A stretch of DNA of 63,966 nt, the filler included, from Malassezia furfur (lineage: Eukaryota), in NCBI GenBank assembly GCA_052055015.1. It is 4 parts of 4 records of this genome, joined end to end, with 100 filler letters (N's around TTAATTAATTAA, not from the genome) between each part and the next. Parts side by side here need not be neighbours in the genome. Positions count along the whole stretch, not along the records: positions 35,853 to 53,580 come from JBQJIT010000216.1; 3 more parts are not named here. The stretch is one strand, 5' to 3'. The stretch's first letter is position 1. Each line of letters begins with the position of its first letter. The notes below the pieces were generated by a model. It did no database searches. It was not told where the DNA came from and saw nothing but the letters and a program-made list of their open reading frames with translations. Shown here piece after piece: positions 37,695-49,267 of the stretch. The position numbers were made by a program, and so were the translations under genes.

Positions 37695-38629
37695 CTAGTG
37701 GTCAATCTTCAGACTAAAGTCAACGTGCTGCGTCGATTGGTGGATGGCACTCGTGCTGATGATGTCGATCGCATCGTCGAGGTGCGCCCCTTGCTCCAGG
37801 TTCGCCAGCGTAATCCCTCCGCTGCTCTCGAGCAAAAACCGATGCGCGCCGCCCAGCTCCGACTTGAGCGAGCGCGCACATGCCACCAGCTCATCGCCCG
37901 TCATGTTATCGAGCATCACCACGTCGGCACCCGCGCGGATGGCCTCTTCCGCTTCCGCCTTGGACTGCACCTCGACGTCGATCCGCAGCGAGAAACCCGC
38001 GGCACGACGCGCAGCCTCGACGGCGTTCGTGATGGAGCCAGTGCTCCACACATGATTGTCCTTGAGCATCACCATGCTGCTCAGGTCGTAGCGGTGCGCA
38101 TCCACGCCCCCCACAATCATGCCGTACTTCTCCACCAGCCGGAAGCCAGGCGTGGTCTTGCGTGTGCCGGCAACAATTCCGCGGTAATGGGCTGCGCGCG
38201 CTGCATTCAACATACGCCGCGAACTGTGTGAATGTCTTTTACATACGCCGTCGCAATCCCGGAACATCGCGCCAGTGTGTTGAGGGCCACGCGCTCGCCC
38301 AGCAGTAAGTTCCGCGTTGGGCCCCGGACGTGCGCCACGGCAACCTTGACACGTCCCTCGGGCGTGCCAGGCACACTGTCTTTCGCCGTAAAAAAGTATC
38401 CCTCATCAAAATTCCAGGTGATGCTGCATTGCATCTCTTCGAACACGGCATTCACGAACGGCACACCGGCCAGCACGCCCTCAGTCTTGCACAGCAGTGT
38501 CGCGGTGCGTTCCGCCTCGCCTACGACATAGCCGCCCCAGTCGAACGACGGGCAGTCTTCTTTAAACCACTCCAGCACCACCGTCTTCCACGACGGCGGC
38601 AGCAGGTTCGCGTATGCGTGCGTGCTCAT
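37695..38629 (-). CDS. BNA6: Quinolinate phosphoribosyltransferase
   Basis: [78 protein letters not shown]; one ~23-nt intron. Confidence 0.95.
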
Positions 38630-38690
38630 TGTGGTGGAACGCACGCTTGCCCCGCGCGGCGTCTTCCTACTCCCCCGATCGCCCGATCGT

Positions 38691-39870
38691 CTACGGTACC
38701 GGCGCGAGCAGCTGCGCACGCCCTTCTTCCTGCAGCGCTTGGGCCACCGCCTCAGTCAGCCGGCCGTGCATGTTGGTCTGGCACGCAATTACGCCACGGT
38801 TCTTGTTCAGCGTGCGGCCTTGGCTGAAGTCCAGCGGGCGGCCCGCAATATCGGACACCGTTCCGCCGGCTTCTTCGACCAACAGCGTGCCTGCCGCATG
38901 GTCCTGTACGGTGAGCTTCGAAGACGTACCCAAATCTTTTCCTGATAGCTGCCATCGCCCACGGGAAGACGCAGGTAGATGTCGCCATCGCCGCGCGCAA
39001 TGCTCGCATATTTCGCCTGGCTGTCCATGCGCACGGAATGGTCTTTCGGAATGCCTAGCAGCTCGGCGATGCGCGCGTTCGTCGTCAGCGAAGAATGCCC
39101 GGCCTCGACCGATTCACAGAACGCAGACTTGGTAAAGTCACCTTGGAGGTCGCGCATGTGGATCGGCTTTTCAGTGACGTCGCTGCCCTGGATCGGACGC
39201 TGTCCGTTAGCTTCGTGCATCGCTACGCACCACCACTGCGCCTTGCCCTCGGACCGCCACAAACAGCGCACCGAGACCTGGAATCTGCTTGGACCGGATT
39301 TCTCCGTCCGCTGGTTTGGGCTGGGCTGAGTCGAGCGGTAGGTTCGGGCAGCCCATCACGCCCAGTTCCACGCGCCCATCAACCAACAGCGCAAGGCACA
39401 CAGCGTACTGTCCACCACGCAGGAACCCCTTGGTGCCGTCGATCGGGTCAAGCGCCCAAAACCCTGCATAAGTTGCGTGACGCACGTTTCGATTTGCCGC
39501 CCGGGAACGAGCCCAAGTCGATGGCGTTCAAAAGCTGCGTGTCCGACAGAGGCATCTTCGTCTGGCCATGTTGTAGCAGCGACTCATTCACGAGGTTCGA
39601 CACTTTGCTACGCAAGTCTGCGCCCTGTTCACCCTGCAAGTCTGCCGAGTCTTCCTCGCCGACGATGCCGTCATCCGGGAAATGGTGTGAGAGCACTTCG
39701 TTCACTGCCGCCTGTGCACTAAAGTCACCAATGGTGACGGGCGACTTGTCCTTCTTTGTGATAGATTCACTAGAAACTAGGCTCTGGAACACCTTTGTCG
39801 TGATCGAGCATGCAGCTTGAACCGCCTCAATAGCGACGCGACGCTCAGCCGCCAAATAACTCGATGTCAT
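38691..39870 (-). CDS. MET22: 3'(2'),5'-bisphosphate nucleotidase
   Basis: [85 protein letters not shown]; three introns. Confidence 0.94.
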
Positions 39871-40365
39871 AATGGTGCGTGCGCTGTGCGTGCTGGCGTT
39901 GCGCGAGATGCACCAGAAGCTGACTAAACTTGACCAACATGAGATGCTCTTGGGGCACACTGGCCTGAATGACATCATAGATCATTCGATGTACTAATAC
40001 GTCACTAATCGAAGAACCCCGCACCGCCGTCATGAATTCCCCGCGAATTCGTCCAAGTCGTCCAATCAATGGGTGACATCGATGATGCAATCCAGAAGCT
40101 TCTAGCGCTGGTACACAGACCCCAGGTTTCGCCGAGCTTGCTGCGCCCTGTCCGCGCAGTCTCTGGCCCTGCTCCGCGTCGGTTAGTAAAGCGAACAAAT
40201 CATTGCTGGGGCGCCAAATGGAAGATCCACCTAATTGGCCCTATCAGTGGGCACCATGGGTGCACGGACGCCCGACCAGGTTACTCCGCAAATAATTGAG
40301 GGCGGTGTGCTACCCGTGCTGCTACGCACAGATGTTCGGGGGCGGCAAACCGCTTGAAACGAAGC

Positions 40366-40372
40366 TATAAAA
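40366..40372 (+). promoter_or_regulatory. TATA box of the LEA-like gene
   Basis: TATAAAA about 47 nt upstream of ATG 40419, followed by a CA-rich leader. Confidence 0.6.
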
Positions 40373-40418
40373 GTGGGCCTTTCTTGAGCATATAGCACCC
40401 CACCAACAACAATCGAAC

Positions 40419-40761
40419 ATGTCTTCCTACACTCAGCAAGCTAAGGACCAGGCCAGCAACCTCTCGAACCAGGCCAGCGAGTACGCCCAGCAGGGCAAGA
40501 ACCAGGCCAGCGACCTGAGCCAGCAGGGCAAGAACCAGGCCAGCAGCATGTCGAACAGTATGTACCAACTCTTGCCCATCGTATACTAACACTGCAGCTG
40601 CTAGCGAGTACGGCCAGGACGCCAAGAACTTCCTGTCCGAGAAGACCGAGAGCGTGAAGGAGTCGCTTGGCGGCTCTGGCAACTCGGCCGGCTCGAGCTT
40701 CACTGAGCAGGCCCAGAACGCCGTTAACTCGGCCAAGGAGTCGCTCGGCCTCAACAAGTAA
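40419..40761 (+). CDS. 100-aa hydrophilin, LEA/Hsp12-like protein (absent from the ORF track)
   Basis: MSSYTQQAKDQASNLSNQASEYAQQGKNQASDLSQQGKNQASSMSNT|ASEYGQDAKNFLSEKTESVKESLGG...NAVNSAKESLGLNK*; 40-nt intron 40558-40597 with a perfect TACTAAC; optimal codons; 33-nt repeats. Confidence 0.85.
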
Positions 40762-40795
40762 ACTTCCTCTTGTAGATGATTTCAATTATATTGGT

Positions 40796-41845
40796 CTATG
40801 ACCGAACATTATATGCGTCGCAAAGCGATGTCGATGTAAGTAAGGGCATATACATCACGAAGCCAGTGGCGCCCAGGATGTGTAGCGCGACAGCTGTGGT
40901 CAGAAGGTGTCGCCTACCCCATGTAGAAGCTGCCCTAGAGACATTATGCGGCAAGCGAGGAAGGCCCATGGTATTGCAGAGGATATGAGCCGCCAAGGGA
41001 GCGAGCACCGAGCCTGGGTAAGAAGATGCCCTTACCTGTCCGCACGAAGAGGTAGTCGGCGTACCAGCCAAATACGGTCGTGTAGACAAACTGAATCACT
41101 GGCGTGAGGATTTACGACGTACCACCGCTCAGGCAGGCACGCTTCAACGCCTTGGGCGTCTTGTCATGTCGATACAATTCATATGCGTGATGCAGATGGG
41201 CTAGGCCGAAGTAAAGGGGCGTGATAAAAATGGTAGTTGCCTTAGAGAGATGCGCACCGCCGAATTGCAACGTTGCGAGCATACACGACCGGAACACAAG
41301 CTCTTCCGTGGCTGGGCCCACCACGAAATTGCGCAGAAACTCGAGTCGTGCCACAGGCGGCCGAAAGTAACGCTGAGTCGGCAGCGCCCTCTCGCAATAG
41401 TCCGAGTATAAAGTGCCCAGGTAGGCTAGACCTGTCAAGAGCAGTGCACCTCCCACTACTTTGCCCACCTGCAGAACAAATGTGAATAGCGTCGGGGTGA
41501 ACGGAAGCAGATTGGGAGTGAGGAAGGTTGGCGTGAGGCTAGGAAGACCCATGATTTGCAGCGTTTGCGCAATACCATTAAGTCCCTATCGTGAGCGCAC
41601 TTACATACCTTGCTCTGAATTGCACCACTCGTGCACACAACATAGGCAGTACCCAAAAGATTGAATAAGGTCGCAACGGACACCGACCAAAGCCGTTCGT
41701 GGATCACGATAGGCTCGTTGCGTTTGCGCTTCTCCGCTACCGGTCTTCCCGGGACGAGCCATCCATACACCTTCGGAAGCACATAAATGGACCCGACATA
41801 TACAGCCGTGTAGCCAGCACACGCCCAAAACGGAAGCAATGGCAT
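40796..41845 (-). CDS. RCE1: CAAX prenyl protease 2
   Basis: RNFVVGPATEELVFRSC, TPLYFGLAHLHHAYE, QFVYTTVFGWYA.YLFVRTGS, HILCNTMGLP; three introns. Confidence 0.92.
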
Positions 41846-41958
41846 AGTGTGAACCGCCGCCTTCTCTCGCGACCTACCCCGTGCGCGGCCCACAAAGGAA
41901 GGTTATGCCCGATTAACCCGATCGACAGCCGTGCTGTGCTTGCCGATCGGCAACCAAC

Positions 41959-43016
41959 ATGCACCTTACCAGGTTTCTCGTGTTGAGCGCGTTCTTTGCG
42001 CTGGGCGCGGTTGTCTACGCCGCGAACTGGGACAAGGATGATATCGAGGTACGCTCCATCCCTCATGAAGATTTTCGACCTGCAGCATGCGCTGGAGAAG
42101 ATGGAAGGTGTAGGCGCCAATTTCTATTCGATCATGGGTCTGAAGCCGAGTGCGACACTTGCGCAGATCCGCAAGGCGTACCGTGAAAAGAGTTTGGAGT
42201 GGCAGTATGTATATTTGCTCATACAGTCCCGACAAGAACTCGGGCGTGCCCAATGCGTACAAGCGGTTCGAGCAGCTTGGCTTGATTCACAAGATCTTGC
42301 GTGACGAGCGTCGTGACCGCTACGACCACTTCCTCTCACACGGTTTCCCGAAGTGGCGGAGTACGGGCTACCACTACGAGCGGTATCGACCAGGCCTTCC
42401 ACTCGTATTGTTCCTGCTCGTGGCTTTCTCTGTGGGGGTGCAGCTGCTGGTGCAAAAAATCAACTGGCGTAAGGACAAGGAACGCATCGAGAATCTCCGT
42501 CGGAGCGCTTATGCACTTGCTTGGGGCGCTTGGTTCCAGACACCATCGAATGAAACCAAGGGTATCAAGCCCAAGGCGCGCCCGCACGAGAAGAAGGTGC
42601 GTGTGCCGCTTTCTGGGTTCCCCGACTTCCCCAAGGCGCCTGCTGAGAGTGCCATCAAGGCCGGCACTGTCAACTGGGATGAGGAGGGTGAGAAGGTGCG
42701 CAAGGCAGTCACTTCGGCGCCTCTCAGCTTCTCGGAGGACAATCACTTGCTAGATGTTATGGTGTATGCGGATGGCAGTATGGCTGCGAGCAACCCAGCC
42801 ACGCAAGAGTGGTTTGCAATTGAGCCGCTTGAGGACAAGAATGCCCCGTCGTTGCTGACGACTTGGCCTGTCACGGTGACCAGGTCGTTCTTTGCGAAAC
42901 GTGACTCGGAAACCACCGAGCCGCTGGACGGGCACGCCGAGGAGACCGTTGAAGAGTCCAACAGTGCCAAGAAGACTCCCGCGCGTCGTCGCAAGCGTGC
43001 TACGAAAGCGAACTAA
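41959..43016 (+). CDS. ER-membrane J-domain protein (Erj5-like)
   Basis: Signal peptide, WDKDDIE|IFDL, FYSIMG..IRKAYREKSLEWH|PDKN (HPD split by intron 42205-42226), RYDHFLSHGFPKWRSTGYHYERYRPG, then a TM helix. Confidence 0.88.
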
Positions 43017-43907
43017 TTAGGCACGAAGGAACTTAGCATGCCAGCGGATGTGCTCGGCGCCGAACGTGCTGATGAAGAAGTAGCTGTGGTCGTAGCCCTC
43101 GCGCAAGTTCACCTGGACACGGCTAGCGTCAATCCCCGCTTTCTTCGCAGCCTCGCTGAGCGTCTCCGGGAGGAGCTGCTTCTGCTTGTAGAAGTTGTCG
43201 GCGAGGCCGCAGTCGACGAGAATATCGACGTTCGTCTTGCCCAGCTTGCTGAGAAGCTCCACAGCATCGTACTCTTTGCCTGCTTCGACGCCACCTTCCA
43301 GGTAACCGTTGAATGCTTTTTCACCCCAAGGGCACGCAATCGGGTGGCAGATGGGGGAAAAGGCAGACACCGAGCGGTACGTACCAAATTTGCGCAGGTA
43401 GAGAACCAGCGCACCATGACCGCCCATCGAGTGACCGAAGATCGAAGCCTTCTCCAAATCAAGCGGAAGGTCAGAAGCCTTGAGCTTCTCCGGCAGCTCC
43501 TTGGTGACGAAGTCGTACATATTGTAGTATTTGTTCCAAGGCGATTTGGTCGCGTTCAGGTAGAAGCCCGCGCCTTGTGTCAGTGAAGTCCACGTACCTG
43601 TGCCGAAATCCCACGACTCGTCCTCGCCGTCAATGTTGGCCCCACGGGGACTGGTATCGGGAAACACAATCGCAATCCCCTCCTGTGCGGCCGCCTCGAA
43701 GAAAGCGCCCTTCTGTGCGCCATTGTCGTCGGTGCAGGTCAGGCCGGCAAGATAGTACAAAACGGGCGCCTTGGCACTCGCGCTTGCCTTGGGCGGAACG
43801 AAGACATTAATCTTTGTCTCGAGTCCGCCGAGAGCCGAGGAGTTGAACGCATATTTGGTCAAAACACCGTCAAACACCTTGTTTTGCGACTGTACACTGA
43901 AGCTCAT
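43017..43907 (-). CDS. S-formylglutathione hydrolase (esterase D)
   Basis: LYYLAGLTCT, PDTSPRG, WDFGTG|AGFYLNAT, GHSMGGHGAL, GYDHSYFFISTF; in-frame 24-nt intron 43574-43597. Confidence 0.95.
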   Translation of the reverse strand: MSFSVQSQNKVFDGVLTKYAFNSSALGGLETKINVFVPPKASASAKAPVLYYLAGLTCTDDNGAQKGAFFEAAAQEGIAIVFPDTSPRGANIDGEDESWDFGTGTWTSLTQGAGFYLNATKSPWNKYYNMYDFVTKELPEKLKASDLPLDLEKASIFGHSMGGHGALVLYLRKFGTYRSVSAFSPICHPIACPWGEKAFNGYLEGGVEAGKEYDAVELLSKLGKTNVDILVDCGLADNFYKQKQLLPETLSEAAKKAGIDASRVQVNLREGYDHSYFFISTFGAEHIRWHAKFLRA

Positions 43908-43989
43908 GATGGAGGGGATCGGTCCGTGCCCGGAGTAATGACGTCATTTTGCACCGCCGATCCGTGGTCCCGCATTGCGCCCAACAACG

Positions 43990-45099
43990 ATGTCCCAACC
44001 TTCGGAGTCGTCCTGGAGCGCTTGGAAGAACAAGACATGGGCCTCGGTTAAGAAAGTGGAAACGAAGGCATGGAATGTACTTGAGCCGGTCGGACATTTC
44101 TCGAACCGTGTGGCGGGGCGTCTGGGCATGGAATCGTTCTGGCCCACGTCGCTCGACAAGGAGATTGAGAAATGCGCCCGCATCATTACGACGTTTACGC
44201 GCAACGGCGCTGCCGTCGGCGACGACAAGGTACCGCATGCACCTGAGGAGAAGGCAGAACACCAGCTCTCCAGTGACGAATATGCGGACCGCAAGACGCA
44301 AAGAGTCGCCTTTACCATCCCGCAAAAGCTCTTGCAGGATGCCAAGGGTGTCGCCATCTTCACCGTGTTCCGCACCGGTCTTGCATTCAGTGCCGCAAGT
44401 GGATCGGGTGTGGTGCTGACCAAGGACGAAAAAGGTGAATGGGGTAGTCCCTCAGGGATCCTCATCCACACAATTGGCTGGGGCTTTGTGATCGGCGCAG
44501 ATGTGTACGACGTTGTGCTCATCTTGCGTAACGATCGCGCAGTGGACGCCTTCAAGTACCCCAAGATCAGTATCGGTGGCGAGCTGAGCGTGGCAGCGGG
44601 ACCTGTGGGTAACGGCGCCATGCTGGACTCCGGCGTCGAAGCCTCGCCATGCTTGTCGTATGTTAAGTCGAAAGGCCTCTACTTTGGTCTCCAGCTGGAC
44701 GGCACGATCATCGTGACGCGCTCCGATGAGAATGCCCGCTTCTACAACTATCCAGAGATTCCCATCACCACAATTTTGGACAACAAACTGCATCGTCATC
44801 AGATCCCCAAGGACTGCATGCCGCTCTGGCAGGCACTGTGTGCTGCCGAGGGGCGTCCTGAGCACCTGGGTACGGATCTGATCACCGAGGGTCCTGCGCC
44901 CGGTGACCAAGAGCTGTCAGAGGAGGACAAGCAAGCTTTGCAGCAAGAAGCGGCGAAGCGCAGCGCCGCGGAGGGCAGCGTGCCAGCACCTGCCGCCGCG
45001 CCCGCCGCCGAACCAGCAGCCCAGCCGGCAGCCATGCAGGCCGACACATTGTACGTTCCGCCGCAGCCGCCCCGTCATCCCTCCATCAACAAGCCATAG
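43990..45099 (+). CDS. SYLF/Ysc84-domain protein lacking SH3, paralog 1
   Basis: ESFWPTSLDKEIEKCARII, IPQKLLQDAKGVAIFTVFRTG..SGSGVV, WGSPSGI, GGELSVAAGPVG, SYVKSKGLYFGLQLDG, RSDENARFY. Confidence 0.85.
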   Translation: MSQPSESSWSAWKNKTWASVKKVETKAWNVLEPVGHFSNRVAGRLGMESFWPTSLDKEIEKCARIITTFTRNGAAVGDDKVPHAPEEKAEHQLSSDEYADRKTQRVAFTIPQKLLQDAKGVAIFTVFRTGLAFSAASGSGVVLTKDEKGEWGSPSGILIHTIGWGFVIGADVYDVVLILRNDRAVDAFKYPKISIGGELSVAAGPVGNGAMLDSGVEASPCLSYVKSKGLYFGLQLDGTIIVTRSDENARFYNYPEIPITTILDNKLHRHQIPKDCMPLWQALCAAEGRPEHLGTDLITEGPAPGDQELSEEDKQALQQEAAKRSAAEGSVPAPAAAPAAEPAAQPAAMQADTLYVPPQPPRHPSINKP

Positions 45100-45109
45100 G
45101 TATCCCGCA

Positions 45110-46258
45110 TTAATTCAGAAAGTGTGCAAATCGAATACATCCATCATCATCGCTGCGGTCATGGAAGCCAAGCCACCAATCACTAGCGTTGCGCATCGGC
45201 TTCCCGTGGGTCTGTAGTTTTGTGGCGAGAAAGACGTTATCACTAGACGATGCGCAGCGTACAACAATAGCATTCAGCACCGAAGAGTACGTCGCCGAGC
45301 CCGGTGGGCGGTCGCGTAGCGTCGTATGCACATGTGTGTCCAGTTCGGAGAGCGGCCTTGGCGAGTTTCGGCGCAGCGAAGCCCCCTCGCGCATGGACAC
45401 CGCGACAGGGGGGAATGACTCCTTGGCAGGCACCAGCGTCGTCGTCAGCGGAAGATAGTCACCAAATGCACGCATGCGAGCATCCACTTTGTCCGCATCC
45501 CACTCGGTCCACTTGACCTCGCCTATACTTTTTTTGAGTTTGGGCGCGCGTGTTGCGTTGGCCGCGTCCTGCGCCCAGGCACCCTGGTCGCGTTCGCGGA
45601 GGTGCGCAATGACATCCACGAGCAGCTCTGATCCAAGAGAAGCCAGCTCGTTTGCCAGGGATTTGTACGTGCTCCCCTCGGTAATTGGCATCGGTACTTG
45701 TCCTAGTATGCGGCCTGTGTCGAAATGCTGCGGTGCCAACTGCTGTACCGAGACACCGGTTCTGTCAAGCTGGCGCGCGATGGCCCACTGGATCGGTGCT
45801 GCGCCACGCAGCTGCGGAAGAAGCGAAGGATGTACATTGAGCGTTTGCGACGCCGATGGAAACTGCCGCAAGATGGACTGGGGAATCATGTGCCCAAACG
45901 ACACAGTAAGAAGCAAGGGCGCCGACGACGAGCGGAGTGCATCTGGCAATGCGTAGCAATCCATGCCCGAGGCAGGTACATTTTCAATTGGAAACTTGCA
46001 TGCCTCTGCAAATCGTTTAACGGGCGACACGCGCATTCGCTTGCTGCCCCATGCGTGCTGTGCGTCCGGCGGAGTGAGCACCTGCAAAGTGTTGTACAAT
46101 TTCTTGTGCGCAGCCAGGCGCTCGAGAATGGTCAAAGCAAACCCGTCGGTCCCGCAAAACAGTACGTCGTATGGTCCTTCGGGTACGCGGGTCGATACGG
46201 CTCGTACGCCGGGCGGCCGGCGCACGGTCCGCCGACTGAACACGCCCAACAGCGCCAT
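45110..46258 (-). CDS. FMT1: Mitochondrial methionyl-tRNA formyltransferase
   Basis: VLFCGTDGFA, TVSFGHMIP, LNVHPSLLPQLRGAAPIQWAI, TGVSVQ, FDTGRIL, ATRAPKL. Confidence 0.9.
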   Translation of the reverse strand: MALLGVFSRRTVRRPPGVRAVSTRVPEGPYDVLFCGTDGFALTILERLAAHKKLYNTLQVLTPPDAQHAWGSKRMRVSPVKRFAEACKFPIENVPASGMDCYALPDALRSSSAPLLLTVSFGHMIPQSILRQFPSASQTLNVHPSLLPQLRGAAPIQWAIARQLDRTGVSVQQLAPQHFDTGRILGQVPMPITEGSTYKSLANELASLGSELLVDVIAHLRERDQGAWAQDAANATRAPKLKKSIGEVKWTEWDADKVDARMRAFGDYLPLTTTLVPAKESFPPVAVSMREGASLRRNSPRPLSELDTHVHTTLRDRPPGSATYSSVLNAIVVRCASSSDNVFLATKLQTHGKPMRNASDWWLGFHDRSDDDGCIRFAHFLN

Positions 46259-46340
46259 GGTTCACGCTTACCAAACCTCCACTTCGCGTATGGGGGGGAA
46301 GGGACGCGCCTTGGAAACTACTGCTCAACTCGCTCGAAGG

Positions 46341-47602
46341 ATGCCGCCAGTAACCAAGGGAGGGCGCAAAGCATCCCTTACCGACCGTCCGCTATCGGGA
46401 CTCTTTGCGATTGCTAAGCCCAGTGGCCCAACCTCGATGGAACTGTTGGACAAGCTCAAACCGCTGCTTGCTAGCTCCTCGCTGTTTTACCCCACCAACG
46501 CGCCGGCGCCCTTCTCGAGCGCCGCCAAAAAACTCAAGCGACCAAAGCCATGGGAAAAAGCATTGCTGGAAAAGTGCGGGCGATTGCCCCCCAAAATCGG
46601 GCAAGGCGGCACACTAGACCCCTTGGCGGAAGGCGTTTTGGGTACGTAGCGTTGCTTACCCAGTGATCGGCGTGGGCGCCGCAACCAAAGAGCTGCAGCA
46701 GTTCCTGCACTGCACCAAAGACTACCGGGCAACAGGGCTGCTCGGTAGTGCGACCAGCTCGTATGACTGCAAAGATCCGGTGGTGCTTCGTGCGCCCTTT
46801 TCGCAGGTGACCGAGGTATTGCTTCGTGAAAAACTGCCTCTATTTACCGGAGAAGTGCAGCAGATACCCCCGCTGTACAGCGCGCTGCGTATGGATGGCA
46901 AGAGACTGTTTGAGTATGCACGCGAAGGTATCCCTTTGCCCCGGCCCATCGAGGCGCGCGACATGACGGTACATGAACTCCGCCTCGTGGAATGGCTGCC
47001 CGAGGACAAGCATACCTACCGTGTGCCCGACATGGAAGTGTCCGAGGAAGACAAACAAGTATTCGAGCGAATGCGAAAGATTGCAGGACGTGATCACGCT
47101 TTTGATACAATGAAACCGGCGGTATCGGACGCCGTCGAGGCAAACTCCACTGTGAACCAACCAGGCGCGGAGAATGCTGAGCCCGAGCCCAAAGAACCCG
47201 CGTCTGAGGACGCTTCGGCGGATGCCACGGCATCAGAACACCCTGCTGCATTCACCCTCGAAATGACCGTGTCATCCGGAACCTACGTACGCTCCATTAT
47301 CCACGATCTTGGCGCGGCATGCGGTAGCGCCGCGCATGTGGTGCGTTTAATTCGCACGCGACAAGGCCAATTCTCGCTGGGACACGGCCCGACCACTGAA
47401 GGCGCCTCTGTGGATGACAGTCAAGTGTCGCTGCCGGGCAACTGCATACCGTGGTCTGTTTTTGAGCAGGGTTTGGCCGACCTCGAAGCGGCGCGCAAGG
47501 GGACGCCTGAATCCCAAGACGACGAAGGGCTTCGCGAGTGGGAGCGCGTCTTGCTCTCTCAGTATGTTTACATGCTACTCACACAGTATCCAACTTGTAT
47601 AA
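46341..47602 (+). CDS. PUS4: tRNA pseudouridine-55 synthase (TruB family)
   Basis: GLFAIAKPSGPTS, KIGQGGTLDPLAEGVL|VIGVG, QIPPLYSALRMDGKRLFEYAREG, MTVSSGTYVRS, LIRTRQG; introns near 46642-46663 and at 47562-47586. Confidence 0.92.
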
Positions 47603-48388
47603 CTAGCTATCCCGATGCAGCGGCACGATGGACTCGAGCGACTTGCGCAGCTGCTCCACGTGTTGTTTGGCATACTGCAGCGCGGCTGCCGACTCGTCCT
47701 GCCGAAACTTGGGCACGCCAGGTCCGACGTCGGAGCGGAAACTGGACAGTGCGCGCACGTGGAAAATGTGTTTGGGGTGTGCCCTGGTATCGTCGCCGCT
47801 CATGTCCGAGTCAGCAGTGCAGTAGACGCGCAGCTCGTTCAGGACAAGGGGGTTGTCAGAGTGCAGCACATAGCGGAGTCCATATACGAGCTGTTCGGCA
47901 TATGGCGCCCAATTTAAGAGATACACCAGCTCAGTCCAGCCCGCATGGTGCTTAGCGAGCGCTCCCAGACTGTCGAGCGGCGTCGTAAACACTGTAACAC
48001 CATCGATCGGTGGGAGCGACGCCGAAGCCGGCATCGGTGTCAGGTCTTCCACCAAGACAACCGACCGAACGAGTACGTTAGGCGTTGATCCAGGCGGTGC
48101 TGGTGGCAGAGGTAATGCCATGTAAGTTACGCCGCTCTCAGTGCGCACGGTAATGCGCATGTGCTCACGCGCGCGGCGGACATTGCTCCACTGCGAGTCG
48201 GACATTTCCAACGCCTGGGCCGATTCATCGTCACTACGCCGCAGGAATGTCTCGCGAGTGACAAATGTCGTAGGGGGTACATTGATTTTGCGGCTTAGCG
48301 CCTCGAGCAAGGCGCCGACGTGTGACGGCTCGATCGTCCCGGCTGCCGACACCTGGGTATGCTGCAGCTGCACATCGCTGCTGGCCAT
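47603..48388 (-). CDS. Hypothetical 261-aa protein, possibly Mediator subunit Med18-like
   Basis: Intact ORF filling the locus. Size and pattern (N-terminal QVSAAGTI, central YLLNWAPYAEQLVYGLRYVL, C-terminal amphipathic helix) are loosely Med18-like; family call is weak. Confidence 0.45.
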   Translation of the reverse strand: MASSDVQLQHTQVSAAGTIEPSHVGALLEALSRKINVPPTTFVTRETFLRRSDDESAQALEMSDSQWSNVRRAREHMRITVRTESGVTYMALPLPPAPPGSTPNVLVRSVVLVEDLTPMPASASLPPIDGVTVFTTPLDSLGALAKHHAGWTELVYLLNWAPYAEQLVYGLRYVLHSDNPLVLNELRVYCTADSDMSGDDTRAHPKHIFHVRALSSFRSDVGPGVPKFRQDESAAALQYAKQHVEQLRKSLESIVPLHRDS

Positions 48389-48424
48389 GGGTGGAGGAGG
48401 TGCAATTACTCAGCGTGTTTCGCC

Positions 48425-49192
48425 ATGAGCGCGTGGAAGGACGCGCCGGATCTGGGGTCGTATGCTGACCGACACGAGACAGGCAGCGACGACGAGATCT
48501 TTGCCGAGCTCGATGCTGAAGTTGAGGCGCTGAACGAGGCGGACGCCGATGACGCAGCCGCCGTGACAGGCGGCTCGGGGCGTGACGCGAATGGTGACTT
48601 GGCTAGCGCCTTTCATGAATTCCGCGCGCAACGCATGGCCGAGATCGAAGCGGCGTAAGTGATCAGGTTAACGAAGTGTCGCGGCGCGAAAGGGGGCTGG
48701 TGCAAATGCAAACCGCGGCAAATATCGTGAAGTGCGCGATGAAAAGGAGCTGCTTCAAACAAGCTACAAAGAGCCACGCGTCGTGATTCATTTCGCGCAC
48801 AAAGAATTCCGGCGGTGCCATATTCTTGACCGGCATCTCGAGGTGAGCGAACGCAAACGCTCACACAGCATCTTGCGCGTCAGCACCCACATACCCTCTT
48901 CCTCAAGGCTGATGTGCAGGACACTCCTTTCCTGGTCGAGAAACTCAAAATCAAAGTCTTACCATGCATGCTTGCCTTTGTGAATGGCGAATGCAAAGAG
49001 AGACTGGTCGGGTTTGAGGACTTCGGGAATGCAGACAACTTCTCGACCGCGGCGTTGGAATGGCGGCTGGGCAGAGCAGGTGTGTGGTGCGCTCACGCAG
49101 GTGTCATTGTTCCTCAGCAGTCAGCGAGTAAGCCAATTCTGGGTTTTGGTGTGCCATCTGCGCCCAAGGATGAGGACGACTGGGACGATTAG
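48425..49192 (+). CDS. Phosducin-like thioredoxin-fold protein (Plp1/TXNDC9)
   Basis: FRAQRMAE, GKYREVRDEKE, VVIHFAHKEFRRCHILDRHLE, PFLVEKLKIKVLPC, LVGFEDFGNADNFSTAALEWRL; three introns. Confidence 0.88.
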
Positions 49193-49267
49193 GTAGCCAC
49201 CGGCATACGTGCCTCCTCCCTCGTAGAACCACCTTGGCACCCTCCAGGTTCGTGCCTGGCCTCCACA

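Noticed and set aside
26338..49192. Apparent frameshifts or pseudogenes where ORFs break (HAD, DSK2, MET22, RCE1, phosducin-like)
   Set aside because: The breaks examined are bracketed by GT...branch...AG, and removing the intron restores conserved motifs.
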